Part shown: positions 30,863 to 41,167 of the stretch, piece after piece
How the letters are laid out: every line of letters begins with the position of its first letter
How positions within the stretch are numbered: position 1 is the first letter of the stretch
NCBI GenBank assembly: GCA_002352465.1
Contig: DEIN01000017.1
Coordinates: forward strand, 64,777 to 128,776
DNA from: Patescibacteria group bacterium UBA2773
Lineage (GTDB): Bacteria > Patescibacteriota > Minisyncoccia > Moranbacterales > DUUL01
Length of the DNA: 64,000 nt
Reading direction: 5' to 3'
The notes under the pieces: model-generated
What the model saw: only the letters and a program-made list of their open reading frames with translations
Told to the model about the DNA's origin: nothing
Database searches by the model: none
Program-made: the position numbers and the translations under genes

Positions 30863-32200
30863 ATGCCAAAAAAGGAAACAAAAAATATAATAGAAATAAA
30901 AAATCTTAACGTTATTTATCATAAAGGAGAATCAAATCAGGTTCGGGCTTTGGATGATGTTAATTTAGAATTTGAAGCGGAAGAATGGATTATAATTTTT
31001 GGTCCTTCTGGTTGTGGAAAATCAACTTTGTTAAATTCAATTGCTAGTTTTGAAACGCCTACTAGAGGCACGATTAATGTCTTAGGCAAAAATATTAATG
31101 ATTTTGATAGTGACGAAAAATCAATATATAGACGAAGAACCGTCGGAATGATTTTTCAGTCTTTTCATTTAATTAATTCTCTAAAGGTTTTAGATAATGT
31201 TTGTTTGCCCCAGGTTTTTTTTGGAGTTAATTTGGAAAAAAGAAGATCTTTAGCGAGAGGTTTTTTGGAACGATTTGATATTGCTAATCAGGCGGAAAAG
31301 TATCCATCTGATATTTCTGGAGGACAACGGCAAAAAGTTTCAATTGCGAGAGCTTTGATGAATCAACCGGAGATAATTTTAGCGGATGAACCGGTAGGAA
31401 ATTTGGATTCTAAGTCGGTCTATAATGTGATGGCGATTCTCAAAGAGTTGAACGAGCTTGACAAAAAGACGATTATAATGGTGACGCACGATGCTAATCA
31501 TTTGGTTTTTGCTGATCGAATTGTTTATATTAAAGATGGAAAAATTCAAAAAGTAGTTGTGACAAAGAAGAGAAGAGAAGCAAAATTCAACAAGGAAAAA
31601 AAGAAAAAAATGGTTCTTACTAAACAAACCAAAATTCCCAATGATCTGCGACTTTTAATGAATTCTTTCAAAGATTTATCGAGTGCTAATATTGGTCAAT
31701 TGTTGACGCCTTTTAAAGTGAAACAAATTTTTTCTCACTTAATGTTGCCGATAACTAATTATCAAACGGATTTGACTCAGCGTTATATGAAGAACTATTT
31801 GTTGGGAACTTTAAACGAAAAACAATTTTTTGACCAAATAAATAAATCATTGGAAGATGGTGGAGCTGGTTGGGACAAGCGAAGTGCAAAACATTTTGTT
31901 GAACAGGTGGCAGTTTTTTATAAAGAAGCTGAAAAAATTGATTATTCAGAACCGTTTAAATCAGCGATAAGATTAAAGAATTTTTTTATTAAACGATATC
32001 CGATTAAAAAAACGGAATACAGGATGAATGTTTTGAAAAACAGCATTGAAAGTCGTTTAAATGAAGAATTAGCTCGGGATGATTTTCAGGCAATTTTAGA
32101 TCGACCGGTTTCGGAAGAAGGATTGGGTTTGAATTCGAGAACAGCCGAAAAGATTGCTAGAGAGCTGGAATTGTTGATTCTAATAAGATATTCGGGCTAA
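30863..32200 (+). CDS. ABC transporter ATP-binding protein (MacB/LolD-like) with a ~220-aa C-terminal extension
   Basis: Walker A GPSGCGKST, signature LSGGQRQKVSIARAL, Walker B ILADEP. Confidence 0.85.
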   Translation: MPKKETKNIIEIKNLNVIYHKGESNQVRALDDVNLEFEAEEWIIIFGPSGCGKSTLLNSIASFETPTRGTINVLGKNINDFDSDEKSIYRRRTVGMIFQSFHLINSLKVLDNVCLPQVFFGVNLEKRRSLARGFLERFDIANQAEKYPSDISGGQRQKVSIARALMNQPEIILADEPVGNLDSKSVYNVMAILKELNELDKKTIIMVTHDANHLVFADRIVYIKDGKIQKVVVTKKRREAKFNKEKKKKMVLTKQTKIPNDLRLLMNSFKDLSSANIGQLLTPFKVKQIFSHLMLPITNYQTDLTQRYMKNYLLGTLNEKQFFDQINKSLEDGGAGWDKRSAKHFVEQVAVFYKEAEKIDYSEPFKSAIRLKNFFIKRYPIKKTEYRMNVLKNSIESRLNEELARDDFQAILDRPVSEEGLGLNSRTAEKIARELELLILIRYSG

Positions 32201-32201
32201 T

Positions 32202-33389
32202 ATGAAATTTATTGATTTAATAAAGTTATCCACTAGAATGTTTCGAGCTAGAACGTCGCGAACGCTTTTGACTATTTTGGGGATTGGAGTTGGAACAGCA
32301 ACGATTTTGTTTCTGATTTCTTTGGGATTTGGAGTTCAGGAAGTGGTTTTGAATAGAATTACTACTTCTGATTCATTATCTTCGATTGATGTTTATTCTA
32401 ATGATGAGACAGGTAAAAAAATTAATCAAAAAACGGTTGATCAATTCAGCTATATTAATGAATTGGAGAAAATTATTCCGTTGATGAAATATGATGGCCA
32501 AATAATAACTGAAGATAATCTTAGTAATACCTCTTTTTTCATTACCGATCCGGGTTATTTGAGTATGGATGGGAAAAAGATGCTTTTAGGGGAAATGCTT
32601 TCGAAAGAAATGGAAAACGGGATTGTTTTGTCTTCGGCTTTTTCGAAAATTTTGGGAATGGAAATGGAAGATTTGATGAATGAGGAAGTCGAAATTGTTT
32701 TAAATATTCCTAGCGGAGAACAGGGGCAATTTTTGGAAAAAAAGATTGAAAAAACTTTTACGGTTATTGGAATAGTCGAGAATGATCGGTCTAATGTTTT
32801 TGTTAGCGCTATTGATTTTCAAGATCAAGGTTTAACTGAGATTTTTTTGCTGAAAGTCAAGGCTTGGAACTCTAATCAAGTTGACGACGTTAAGGCAGTG
32901 ATTGAAAAATTGGGTTATAAGACTTCTTCTATTTCAGAGGTAGTGCAACAATCTAAAAAATTCTTTTCAGTAGTCAGTTTGATTTTGGCAATTTTGGGAG
33001 TAGTGGCCTTGTTTGTTAGTTCGATTGGAATGTTCAATACGATGATTATTACTTTACTGGAAAGAACTGAAGAAATCGGTATAATGAAAGCAATCGGAGC
33101 AACGGACAAAAATATTTTAAGTATTTTTATTTTTGAATCAGCTCTGATGGGTTTTCTGGGGGGAGTTTCGGGAGTTTTAATGGGCTTTTTGGTTCAAAAT
33201 GTTTTTAATTGGATTGTTAATTTTATTGCGGTTCGAATGGGTGGTGAGGCTTTTGATTTGTTTCACTCCCCGTTTTGGTTTATTTGTTTATTATTAACCA
33301 GTTCTTTATTAATAGGAATCTTCACTGGTTTAATTCCAGCCAGAAAAGCCAGCGTTGTTGATCCGCTAGAAGCTTTGAAGAGAAGATAG
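32202..33389 (+). CDS. ABC transporter permease, FtsX/MacB-like
   Basis: The product is 395 aa. It has an N-terminal TM, a large periplasmic domain and a C-terminal three-TM FtsX-like domain. The start is adjacent to the ATPase stop. Confidence 0.75.
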   Translation: MKFIDLIKLSTRMFRARTSRTLLTILGIGVGTATILFLISLGFGVQEVVLNRITTSDSLSSIDVYSNDETGKKINQKTVDQFSYINELEKIIPLMKYDGQIITEDNLSNTSFFITDPGYLSMDGKKMLLGEMLSKEMENGIVLSSAFSKILGMEMEDLMNEEVEIVLNIPSGEQGQFLEKKIEKTFTVIGIVENDRSNVFVSAIDFQDQGLTEIFLLKVKAWNSNQVDDVKAVIEKLGYKTSSISEVVQQSKKFFSVVSLILAILGVVALFVSSIGMFNTMIITLLERTEEIGIMKAIGATDKNILSIFIFESALMGFLGGVSGVLMGFLVQNVFNWIVNFIAVRMGGEAFDLFHSPFWFICLLLTSSLLIGIFTGLIPARKASVVDPLEALKRR

Positions 33390-33519
33390 GAAGAATAAAA
33401 ATGGAAGAATCGAGTTTAAGTTCGGGGAAAATTTCGCATCTGAAGGGCATTATAAATTTTGAATTTCGAATTTTGATTCAATTTCGAATGAATTAATTTA
33501 TGATTTATAAACTATATTT

Positions 33520-33690
33520 AATTTTAAATTTTAAAATAAAAACCCCTTCAACCCTTCCCTTTTTTTATCAAGGGGGGGGTGGCGAAGAAGCTTTTTAAAA
33601 TAAACGTGAAAGATTGGGTGAAGTATCCCCCTTTTGCAAAGGGCCCTGCCTCCGCAAGCTTAGAACGAGCCAAGGGACACAGGGGGTTTT
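33520..33690. repeat. Cluster of MITE-like aaaaCCCnCC...CCCTTT-loop-AAAGGG repeat units
   Basis: ccccttcaacccttcccttttttt...gggggggg and gtatcccccttttgcaaaggg...agggggtttt. Related copies are listed under findings. Confidence 0.6.
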
Positions 33691-33797
33691 AGAAAACAAT
33701 AAACAACAAAAATTATAAATTGACTAGATTCCCACCAGATCTTATTCTCAAACAGTCGGGGCAGGAACAACAAAAAAGGATAATTTTATAACATAAA

Positions 33798-34451
33798 ATG
33801 AAAAAAATTTTAATAAAAAAAATTTTAATAAATTCTTTGCAAACCATTCTGCTTTTTGCTTTGCTTTTTGGTGGCTTGGTGTCTTTCGAGTATTGGCAAC
33901 AGCAGAATGAAAGTAATAAAATGAGTGCGGTTAATTTGTATCAAAAGGATTCTAGAAAAGGTTTAGTGCAAGTTTTGGGTGAGACTACTAAAGCTGGAGA
34001 AGAATATAGTGGTGAGCGTTTTGTGGCTCAGGACATCGTTTTGGGAAGCGAGGCTTTGATGGCGATGACTGATGATGATCGAACCAGACCAATTGAAATT
34101 TCTCATTTTCAAGGCAAGCTTTTTAGGTCCAGTGAAGATAAAGACGATATTAGTTATTATGCCTCTTGGCAGTCCAATAAGCCGATTTTTTCAACAATCA
34201 GATATAAAGGCGATGAAGATTCAAAGTTTCAAGAAATAGCGGAAAATAATTTTGCTTATGTTCATAGTTTTACTTTGCCTAGTATTGAATTTTCTAGCGT
34301 TTATACTTATGTTATTCAAAGCAAAGATCGTTGGGGCAATGAGGTTGAATCAGATGAATTTGTATTTTATACTGGTCCGCCAGATACTTCTTTCTTCCAA
34401 TTACTGGAAGAATCTTTTAATGATATTTTTGGTTGGACGGTGGGGAAGTAA
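33798..34451 (+). CDS. Hypothetical secreted/membrane-anchored protein
   Basis: The product is 217 aa with an N-terminal TM/signal peptide (LFALLFGGLVSF). There is no recognisable motif. It is bracketed by 20-bp direct repeats. Confidence 0.45.
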   Translation: MKKILIKKILINSLQTILLFALLFGGLVSFEYWQQQNESNKMSAVNLYQKDSRKGLVQVLGETTKAGEEYSGERFVAQDIVLGSEALMAMTDDDRTRPIEISHFQGKLFRSSEDKDDISYYASWQSNKPIFSTIRYKGDEDSKFQEIAENNFAYVHSFTLPSIEFSSVYTYVIQSKDRWGNEVESDEFVFYTGPPDTSFFQLLEESFNDIFGWTVGK

Positions 34452-34539
34452 TTCGCAGTATTTAGTATCAAGTATTAAGTATAAAAATTTTGAATGTTTT
34501 AATTTAAAATAACAAGGTAATGATTAGAATGATAGCGGT

Positions 34540-34935
34540 TTGACCACAGTGGAACGGTGGTCGAACCGTGGGAGACTACAAGAGGGAAATAAATTAAATA
34601 ATCAATATTCAACAATTAGCATTCATTCAACATTCAAGGTTCTAAAAATCAAACAACTTAAATTAGTCTAAAAGTTTTTCAAAATTTCCCTCGGTTTGAC
34701 CAGTGTATTCACATCGGTCGAACTGGGGAGGATTTTGTTTCGAAAAAATTTTATGTTAAAATAAATTTACTGAAAATAGCCTTTAATATTTTTGAAATAC
34801 AAAATAAAACATTTTTTTTAAAACTCAAAATTTCCCTAAAAACCTTTCCTCTGGTTTCCACTGGTTGAACCAGTGCACTGGTTCAACCAGTGGAAACCAG
34901 TGTATTCACCTAGGTTGAACTGGGGGAAAAACTTA
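34540..34935. repeat. Non-coding region packed with REP-like palindromes of families 1 and 2
   Basis: 34546-34573 is gcggtttgaccacagtggaacggtggtcgaaccgtggg. 34684-34735 is a family-1 unit. 34858-34893 is the perfect 36-bp palindrome ccactggttgaaccagtgcactggttcaaccagtgg, followed by another family-1 unit. Confidence 0.7.
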
Positions 34936-35324
34936 TTCTTCAAAAAATTAAAATCTTATAGTATACTAGAAATTGAAAACTAGCATTGAAAGTCTAAATA
35001 CAAAATTTAAAAATGTTTTAAAATATTAAATTAAGAACAACAACTAGAAATTAAAAATAATAATTATAAATTGACTAGATTTCCGCTTGCGCGGGAATGA
35101 CAAGCAAGGTAATTGAAAATAATAATTATAAATTATGAATTATGAAACAAAAAATAGAAAATGTTGTTGAAAATAGGAACGGAAAAAACCCCTCGGTCCC
35201 CCTTTGGGAAAGGGGGAGGAGAAAAGAGAAAATTAAAAAACAAATTGGAATTCTAAAGATTTTTTTTCGAAAAAAGATTAAAAAAACAATTACTAGATTG
35301 AAGAAAATTGGGGATTGGGGATTG

Positions 35325-35954
35325 ATGAAAAAACGAAAAATTGTTTCAGTTTTGGGAGTGGTGGTGGTGGGAGTGGTGACGGGATTTTTTTTGGTCTATG
35401 CCCAAGAAATTATTGACAGTTTTACGAGTGATTCAAGCGTGGCAGATACTTGGAACGTGGAAGTGGATACTACGGCAGGAGAAGTGAAATTGGAAGCTCG
35501 GAGTTGTGACAGCGGGACTTGGTTTTGTGGAACTGGTTATGATGATGTTTGCGCTAATACTTTGGGCGATGGGGATTATATTGTGGTGGCTAAAACTGAT
35601 ATTGCAACTACGCAACAATGGAAAAGCGAAAATACAGCTTGTAATCAGTCTCAGTGTGGAATTGATGGTGGGCAAAATGGAGATGAAATGGTAGCAGATA
35701 ATACGGTTAATTTTGCTGATTATCCCGCTCGGCAAGCTTGTAAAGCGATTGGAGGGCGTTTACCAACTAAAACCGAGTTGAGCTATATTTATAGCAATAA
35801 AACTACTTTCGGGGACAATTTCGGCACGAGCTACTATTGGTCCGCCACGGAGTACAATGCTACGAACGCTTGGTACGTGAGATTTTCCGACGGGTATGTG
35901 TCCAGCCCCAATAAGACGAATAGCTTCTCAGTTAGGTGTGTTCTAGGGTGGTAA
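35325..35954 (+). CDS. DUF1566 (Lcl C-terminal domain) secreted protein
   Basis: The start is placed at MKKRKIVSVLGVVVV, a signal peptide. The C-terminus GRLPTKTELSYIY...YYWSATEYNATNAWYVRFSDGYVSSPNKTNSFSVRCV is the DUF1566 signature. The longer ORF starting at 35142 is rejected because it reads through an intergenic repeat. Confidence 0.7.
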   Translation: MKKRKIVSVLGVVVVGVVTGFFLVYAQEIIDSFTSDSSVADTWNVEVDTTAGEVKLEARSCDSGTWFCGTGYDDVCANTLGDGDYIVVAKTDIATTQQWKSENTACNQSQCGIDGGQNGDEMVADNTVNFADYPARQACKAIGGRLPTKTELSYIYSNKTTFGDNFGTSYYWSATEYNATNAWYVRFSDGYVSSPNKTNSFSVRCVLGW

Positions 35955-36039
35955 TTCCTGCCGGTAGGCAGGAATAATTTGGTTTTTGGAAACTTGTCTC
36001 CGAAGCCGCTTGCGGTTTTAGATTTGGAAATTTTGATTT

Positions 36040-36145
36040 TTAAAATAAAAACCTCCACCTCGGCAAGTCTCGGCGAGACGGGTCCTCAGTCTCCCTTTAC
36101 CTGTCTTCGCTAAAGCTACGCCGAGGCAAGAGCGAAGAATAAAAT
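36040..36145. repeat. MITE-like repeat unit upstream of the LamG giant gene
   Basis: aaaataaaaacctccacctcgg...cttcgctaaagctacgccgaggcaagagcgaag. The gctaaagctacggcgaggcaag motif is shared with 52404, 63824 and 63984. Confidence 0.55.
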
Positions 36146-36166
36146 TTTCAAAAATTTAAATAAAAA

Positions 36167-39100
36167 ATGAAATTAAAAATTCAATACAAATTAGCGGTTT
36201 ATTTTTGCTTGAGCTTCCTGCTTTTTGGCGGGGTTTCTTTGGCGCGGGCTGATTATTATGCTCAAGGTACAATGAAATCTACTAATCTTTTGGTGGGTGC
36301 GGAGGTGACGGCCATCAACAGTTTTACGGTTGATTCAACTATTCCAGCCGGAACTACTGTTTCAGTTCAATTTTCCCAAGATCGACATATTTTTTATTCT
36401 TCGGCGGGAACCAAGGGCGGTTGGGATTCTTTGAGCGCCGGAGAGGATGAAGTTGATCTTTCTGGATTGAGCTGGGATGGGGCGGTTTTGTATTATAAAT
36501 TGAAACTAGAAACGACTGATTCTGCTTTGACGCCAGTGGTGAATGATACGACTTTAGATTATACGGGGACGGAAGCCGATGCTCCGGGAGGAACAATTTA
36601 TCATCAAGAAGGAGCGATTGTTTCTACTAATATGGTTGGTAGCACTGGAGAAAGAATTTTGGCTGTTAATAGTATTGATATTACCACTGATATTCCAGCT
36701 GGAACTAGTGTGGCAGCTCAATTTTCAGAAGACGGAGAAAGTTGGTATTCATCTTCTGGAACCGCCAACGGCTGGGATTCTTTGGTTGACGAAGAAAATT
36801 TGATTGATCTTTCGGGGCTGGAGTGGACCAGTTCTCTATATTATAAAGCCAAACTGGAGACCATCGACGGAGCAATGATTTCTAAAATTACTGAAGTGGA
36901 GGTGGATTATGATAGTGGAGGACCGGCTGATCCAGTGGGGTATTGGAGTTTTGATGAGGGGTTTGGGACAACGGCGTATGATGAAAGTTCACAGGGGAAT
37001 GATGGGACGCTGACTAATGGCCCGGTTTGGAAAGATGAGAGTGAGTGTGTCTCGGGAAAATGTCTTTATTTTGATGGAACTGACGACTCCGTCGCAATTT
37101 CCAATTTCCAATTTCCAATTTTCAATCAATTTTCAACTACCCAATTTTTTAATTTTCAAACGCTAGCAGTTTCCAAACCAATCACGGCTCAATGGGGTGA
37201 TAGTCAAAATGCAGTTTTAATAAAATTAGATGATACTAATAGCGATGAAATCAAAGTTTGCATCGCCGACGCTTTAACTGATGATTGCACTAATTATGGA
37301 ATAACTACTGACGCTGATATTTCGGCGAATAGTTGGTATAATTTGCAAATAGTTTATGATGGAGCGGGAAGTGAAAATTCGGACAAAATAAAATTGTATT
37401 TAGACGGAATAGAAAAAACTTTATCTTTCACTGGCACCATTCCGACTGCATTTCCTGAATCAAGTGAAGGATTAGAAATTGGTGGAGACACAGATTTGGC
37501 GACTTATACTAATGGAAAAATCGACGAAGTGAAGATCTATCCGTATGCGAGGACGGCGGGACAGATCAAGCAGGATTATAATGCGGGGCTTTCAGGAGTG
37601 AAATCCAGTCGGGGGACCTCAGTGTCTTTCGGCGGGAAATCAGACAAGTGGATGTCGGATGGGTTGGTGGGACATTGGAAGATGGATGAAGCCAGTTGGG
37701 ATGGAACGGCGGGGGAAGTGCTGGATGCGAGTGGGAATGGGAATGATGGAACGCGAACGGGAGATGCTACTACAGCGGGAGGAAAATATGGCAACGGCGG
37801 AATATTTGATGGAGATGGTGATCTTATTACAAGAGATAGCACAGCAAGTCTAGAACTTACCATGGCGGGAACTATTTCGACTTGGATAAAACAAAGTGGC
37901 GCTGATCAGGATACTTATGCTGGATATGTAGCAAAAACTGTTGGAGGGAATCCTGTAAATGTATCTTATGCTTTATATCACTATGATGATTCTAATGTTA
38001 TTCGAGGTATAATTTGTGATGATAGTGCGTGTGACATTGTGGAAATTCCAGAATTAAGTATGAGTGACACGGATTGGCATCATTTCATTTTTAGTTGGGA
38101 TGGGTCTTCTTTGTATTTATATCAGGATGGAATTCTATTAAACACAGAAACGCAAACAATCGTGCTTGATGTTGAGTCTACTGATAAATTTAAAATAGGG
38201 GGAGACTGTTTTGGTCTTAGTTCCTACTCAGATGATTTTAATGGTCAAATCGATGAAGTGCGGATTTATAATCGGGCGTTGAGTCCTGATGAAGTCAAGG
38301 GGTTGTATGAATACGCGCCAGGGCCAGTTTTGCATTTGAAGATGGATGAGAAAGTGGCGGGGGATGCCCAGACGCTTTATGACATTTCCGGCAATGAAAA
38401 CAACGGCACGACGGTAGACGGCGCCAATGATTCGGGGATGGATTGTTCGGTTTTGGGGAAATACGGCTCGGCTTGTGAATTTGACGGAACGGATGATTAT
38501 GTGGATGTTGGAAATGATGCAACATTGAAACCAGGAGCAAATAATTTTTCAGTAGGAGGGTGGTTTAAGCATGCTGCTGTCGATTCTTTCGAAATTATTT
38601 TTGGAAAGGCAAAAACTATCCCTGTCTATCAACAATGGACGGTTTCATCGGGATCTGTTCAGTCAACAGGCTCTACTAATCCAAGTAAAAGAATTTCAGT
38701 TATGCTGATACATACTGGTGGGAACTTAGTTTTTTCTGCTTATACGGATACCGATATTATTGATGGTAATTGGCATTATGTTTCTTTGGTGAGGGAAGGT
38801 GCAGATTATCCCAAGTTATACATTGATGGTATTGAGCAAGGATTGACGATTACTAAGGCTTGGGGACCTTTTAACTTTGATGTAGATACCGATAATTCCT
38901 TTAAGATAGGAGGTAATGGAGTAAACGCTAATTTTACTGGGCAGATTGATGATGTGAAATATTATAATTACGCGCGGACGCAAAGCCAAATTTTGGAAGA
39001 CATGAATGGGGGAGGTCCAGCAAACAAATCTCCGATTTTGCATTTGAATTTTGATGAAGGGCGGGGAGCGACGGCGTATGATTCTTCCGGATTTTCTAAT

Positions 39101-41068
39101 GATGGAACTTTGATTCCTGGAACCCTCGGAACTAACACCACTGTTTCTTCAATGTGGGATAAAAATGGGAAAATGGGTGGGGCGATGGAGTTTGATGGGA
39201 GCGATGATTATGTTGAAATCCAAGATACTGCACTATTTATTGATATGCAACAGTATACTTTGTCTGCGTGGATTAATCCAGTAATTTTAGATACAAGTCA
39301 AAGACAAGGGATTATGGGTTGGGGATTGTATGGCACTCAACGAGCAGTCAATGCTCTTAGACTTGTGGAAAACTCAGTTTGTCCTGGCGGAGATGGTTTG
39401 GTTAATTATTGGTGGAGTGATGATTTTAGGGAATGTAATTTGGGATTGTCAGTGGGAGAGTGGAACCATGTGCTCGTAACATATAATGGTTTTGAAAGGG
39501 CTATGTATGTGGACGGAGAATTAAAAAACACTAATACTCCGACAGGCAGTCCAAGTTTTAAAGACGGAAAATTTACAGTTGGAACAACAGGGGAAGGGGA
39601 AGTAGCAGATTTTAAAGGTCAAATCGACGAAGTGAAGGTTTGGAATTATGCTTTGACGGAGGATGAGGTGAGGCAGGAGTATGCTAATTCGGGTTCGGCG
39701 GTTTCGATGGGAGGGGAGAGGGCTGAGGCGAGTGATGACGGGACAGAAGTGGGAGGATTTTCTAGTAAATATTGTATTCCCGGTGATACCGCCAAATGCT
39801 CTCCACCGGTTTTGGAACTTTCGATGGATGAAAAATCTGGCACAACAGCCTATGACACTTCGGGGAACGGCAATGACGGAACTTTGACTAATGGTCCGAG
39901 TTGGGTGCGAGGAAAATATGGTAGTGCTTTGGATTTTGATGGGGTGGATGATTATGTGGACTTAGGCACATATCCAAAAATAAGTTCAGAAGATACTGTT
40001 TATACTATTTCTGCGTGGATGAAATCTTCTAGCGATAATTCAATAGGGATTTCCAGAGGAAATTCAGGAAATTGCTATTATAATCCTTCTGTAACTTTAA
40101 ACTCTGTAAATGAGAGTGGATGTTCTGGATTGAATCAACTATTGCTTGGAACAAACACGGATGGCTTGTGGCACAACGTTACTGCTGTGCGGAGTGGCGA
40201 TGATTTTAAAGCATATCTTGACGGAAAATTAATGGCTTCAAAAATTATTGCCTCTCACGGCCTGACAGACTCTACTTTTACTCCTGAGGCTCGGATAGGT
40301 TCGTACTATAAAAGTATTGGAAGTAGTTTTAAAGACGGCATTGTCGATCAAGTTGTTGTTTATGACTACGCGCGGACGCCGGCGCAGATTGCTTGGGACT
40401 ATAATCGCGGGAAACCGGTGGCCCATTGGAAAATGGACGAAGGGACAGGAACGACGGTTCACGATGAAAGCGGGAACGATAACGACGGCACTATGACCAA
40501 TATGGACGCCAACACTGATTGGGTTGACGGTCATTCGGGAGAAGCCTTGGATTTTGATGGAGCAGATGATTATGTTGAAATAGCAAATTCAAGTATTTGT
40601 AATATTAATGAAGAGTTAACAATTTCTATGTGGGTAAGACCTGCGATTGTATACGACTCTTCATTATCTGATTATAGAGTAATGCTTGATAGACAATGGA
40701 CTGCGGAAAATGATTCATATTTTTTTGGTTTTAATGCTGATGGCAAAATGCATTTAGGTTCAAACGGAGGAAGTATTCAATCGACTCAAAGTGTTTGGAA
40801 TGCAAATCAATGGTATTTTATTACTGGAACATATAGAGATGTGGGAGGCGTTTATAGTGGTGAGCTCTATGTAGATGGAGTTTCGGAGGTGCTATCTATC
40901 GATAATTATGATGATATGGAAGGAGGAAGTAATAGTATCGGCATTGGGGGGTCTGATCGTTTTGATAAATTTAATGGTCAAATCGACGATGTTCAAATTT
41001 TTAACTACGCTTTGACAGAAGAACAAATCAAAAATCTTTATAACGGAAGCGCGATGAGGTTTGAGTAG
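36167..41068 (+). CDS. Giant (1633 aa) secreted protein composed of ~8-9 tandem LamG/concanavalin-A-like lectin modules
   Basis: It has a signal peptide. The repeated module signature is Y/HWxFDEG.GTTAYD.SGNGNDGTLTNGP.W..GK.G.AL.FDG.DDYV...FxGQIDEVRIYNRALS..EV, the classic LamG_3 pattern. Confidence 0.75.
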   Translation: MKLKIQYKLAVYFCLSFLLFGGVSLARADYYAQGTMKSTNLLVGAEVTAINSFTVDSTIPAGTTVSVQFSQDRHIFYSSAGTKGGWDSLSAGEDEVDLSGLSWDGAVLYYKLKLETTDSALTPVVNDTTLDYTGTEADAPGGTIYHQEGAIVSTNMVGSTGERILAVNSIDITTDIPAGTSVAAQFSEDGESWYSSSGTANGWDSLVDEENLIDLSGLEWTSSLYYKAKLETIDGAMISKITEVEVDYDSGGPADPVGYWSFDEGFGTTAYDESSQGNDGTLTNGPVWKDESECVSGKCLYFDGTDDSVAISNFQFPIFNQFSTTQFFNFQTLAVSKPITAQWGDSQNAVLIKLDDTNSDEIKVCIADALTDDCTNYGITTDADISANSWYNLQIVYDGAGSENSDKIKLYLDGIEKTLSFTGTIPTAFPESSEGLEIGGDTDLATYTNGKIDEVKIYPYARTAGQIKQDYNAGLSGVKSSRGTSVSFGGKSDKWMSDGLVGHWKMDEASWDGTAGEVLDASGNGNDGTRTGDATTAGGKYGNGGIFDGDGDLITRDSTASLELTMAGTISTWIKQSGADQDTYAGYVAKTVGGNPVNVSYALYHYDDSNVIRGIICDDSACDIVEIPELSMSDTDWHHFIFSWDGSSLYLYQDGILLNTETQTIVLDVESTDKFKIGGDCFGLSSYSDDFNGQIDEVRIYNRALSPDEVKGLYEYAPGPVLHLKMDEKVAGDAQTLYDISGNENNGTTVDGANDSGMDCSVLGKYGSACEFDGTDDYVDVGNDATLKPGANNFSVGGWFKHAAVDSFEIIFGKAKTIPVYQQWTVSSGSVQSTGSTNPSKRISVMLIHTGGNLVFSAYTDTDIIDGNWHYVSLVREGADYPKLYIDGIEQGLTITKAWGPFNFDVDTDNSFKIGGNGVNANFTGQIDDVKYYNYARTQSQILEDMNGGGPANKSPILHLNFDEGRGATAYDSSGFSNDGTLIPGTLGTNTTVSSMWDKNGKMGGAMEFDGSDDYVEIQDTALFIDMQQYTLSAWINPVILDTSQRQGIMGWGLYGTQRAVNALRLVENSVCPGGDGLVNYWWSDDFRECNLGLSVGEWNHVLVTYNGFERAMYVDGELKNTNTPTGSPSFKDGKFTVGTTGEGEVADFKGQIDEVKVWNYALTEDEVRQEYANSGSAVSMGGERAEASDDGTEVGGFSSKYCIPGDTAKCSPPVLELSMDEKSGTTAYDTSGNGNDGTLTNGPSWVRGKYGSALDFDGVDDYVDLGTYPKISSEDTVYTISAWMKSSSDNSIGISRGNSGNCYYNPSVTLNSVNESGCSGLNQLLLGTNTDGLWHNVTAVRSGDDFKAYLDGKLMASKIIASHGLTDSTFTPEARIGSYYKSIGSSFKDGIVDQVVVYDYARTPAQIAWDYNRGKPVAHWKMDEGTGTTVHDESGNDNDGTMTNMDANTDWVDGHSGEALDFDGADDYVEIANSSICNINEELTISMWVRPAIVYDSSLSDYRVMLDRQWTAENDSYFFGFNADGKMHLGSNGGSIQSTQSVWNANQWYFITGTYRDVGGVYSGELYVDGVSEVLSIDNYDDMEGGSNSIGIGGSDRFDKFNGQIDDVQIFNYALTEEQIKNLYNGSAMRFE

Positions 41069-41115
41069 GGTATTGAGCATCTAGTATTAAGTGGGGAGGT
41101 TTTTGGACTAAGCGA

Positions 41116-41167
41116 GTTCTGGAGGTTTGACCTCGGTGGATACCGCGGTTGAACCTCGGGAATGGAG
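41116..41167. repeat. REP-like family-1 palindromic element directly after the LamG gene stop
   Basis: ctggaggtttgacctcggtggataccgcggttgaacctcgggaatgg. It is nearly identical to 59794-59843. Confidence 0.7.

Noticed and set aside
35142-35324. The longer N-terminal extension of the DUF1566 ORF.
   Set aside because: It translates straight through an intergenic MITE-like repeat (35185-35230). A canonical signal-peptide start (MKKRKIVSV...) with a GGGGA RBS-like sequence lies at 35325.
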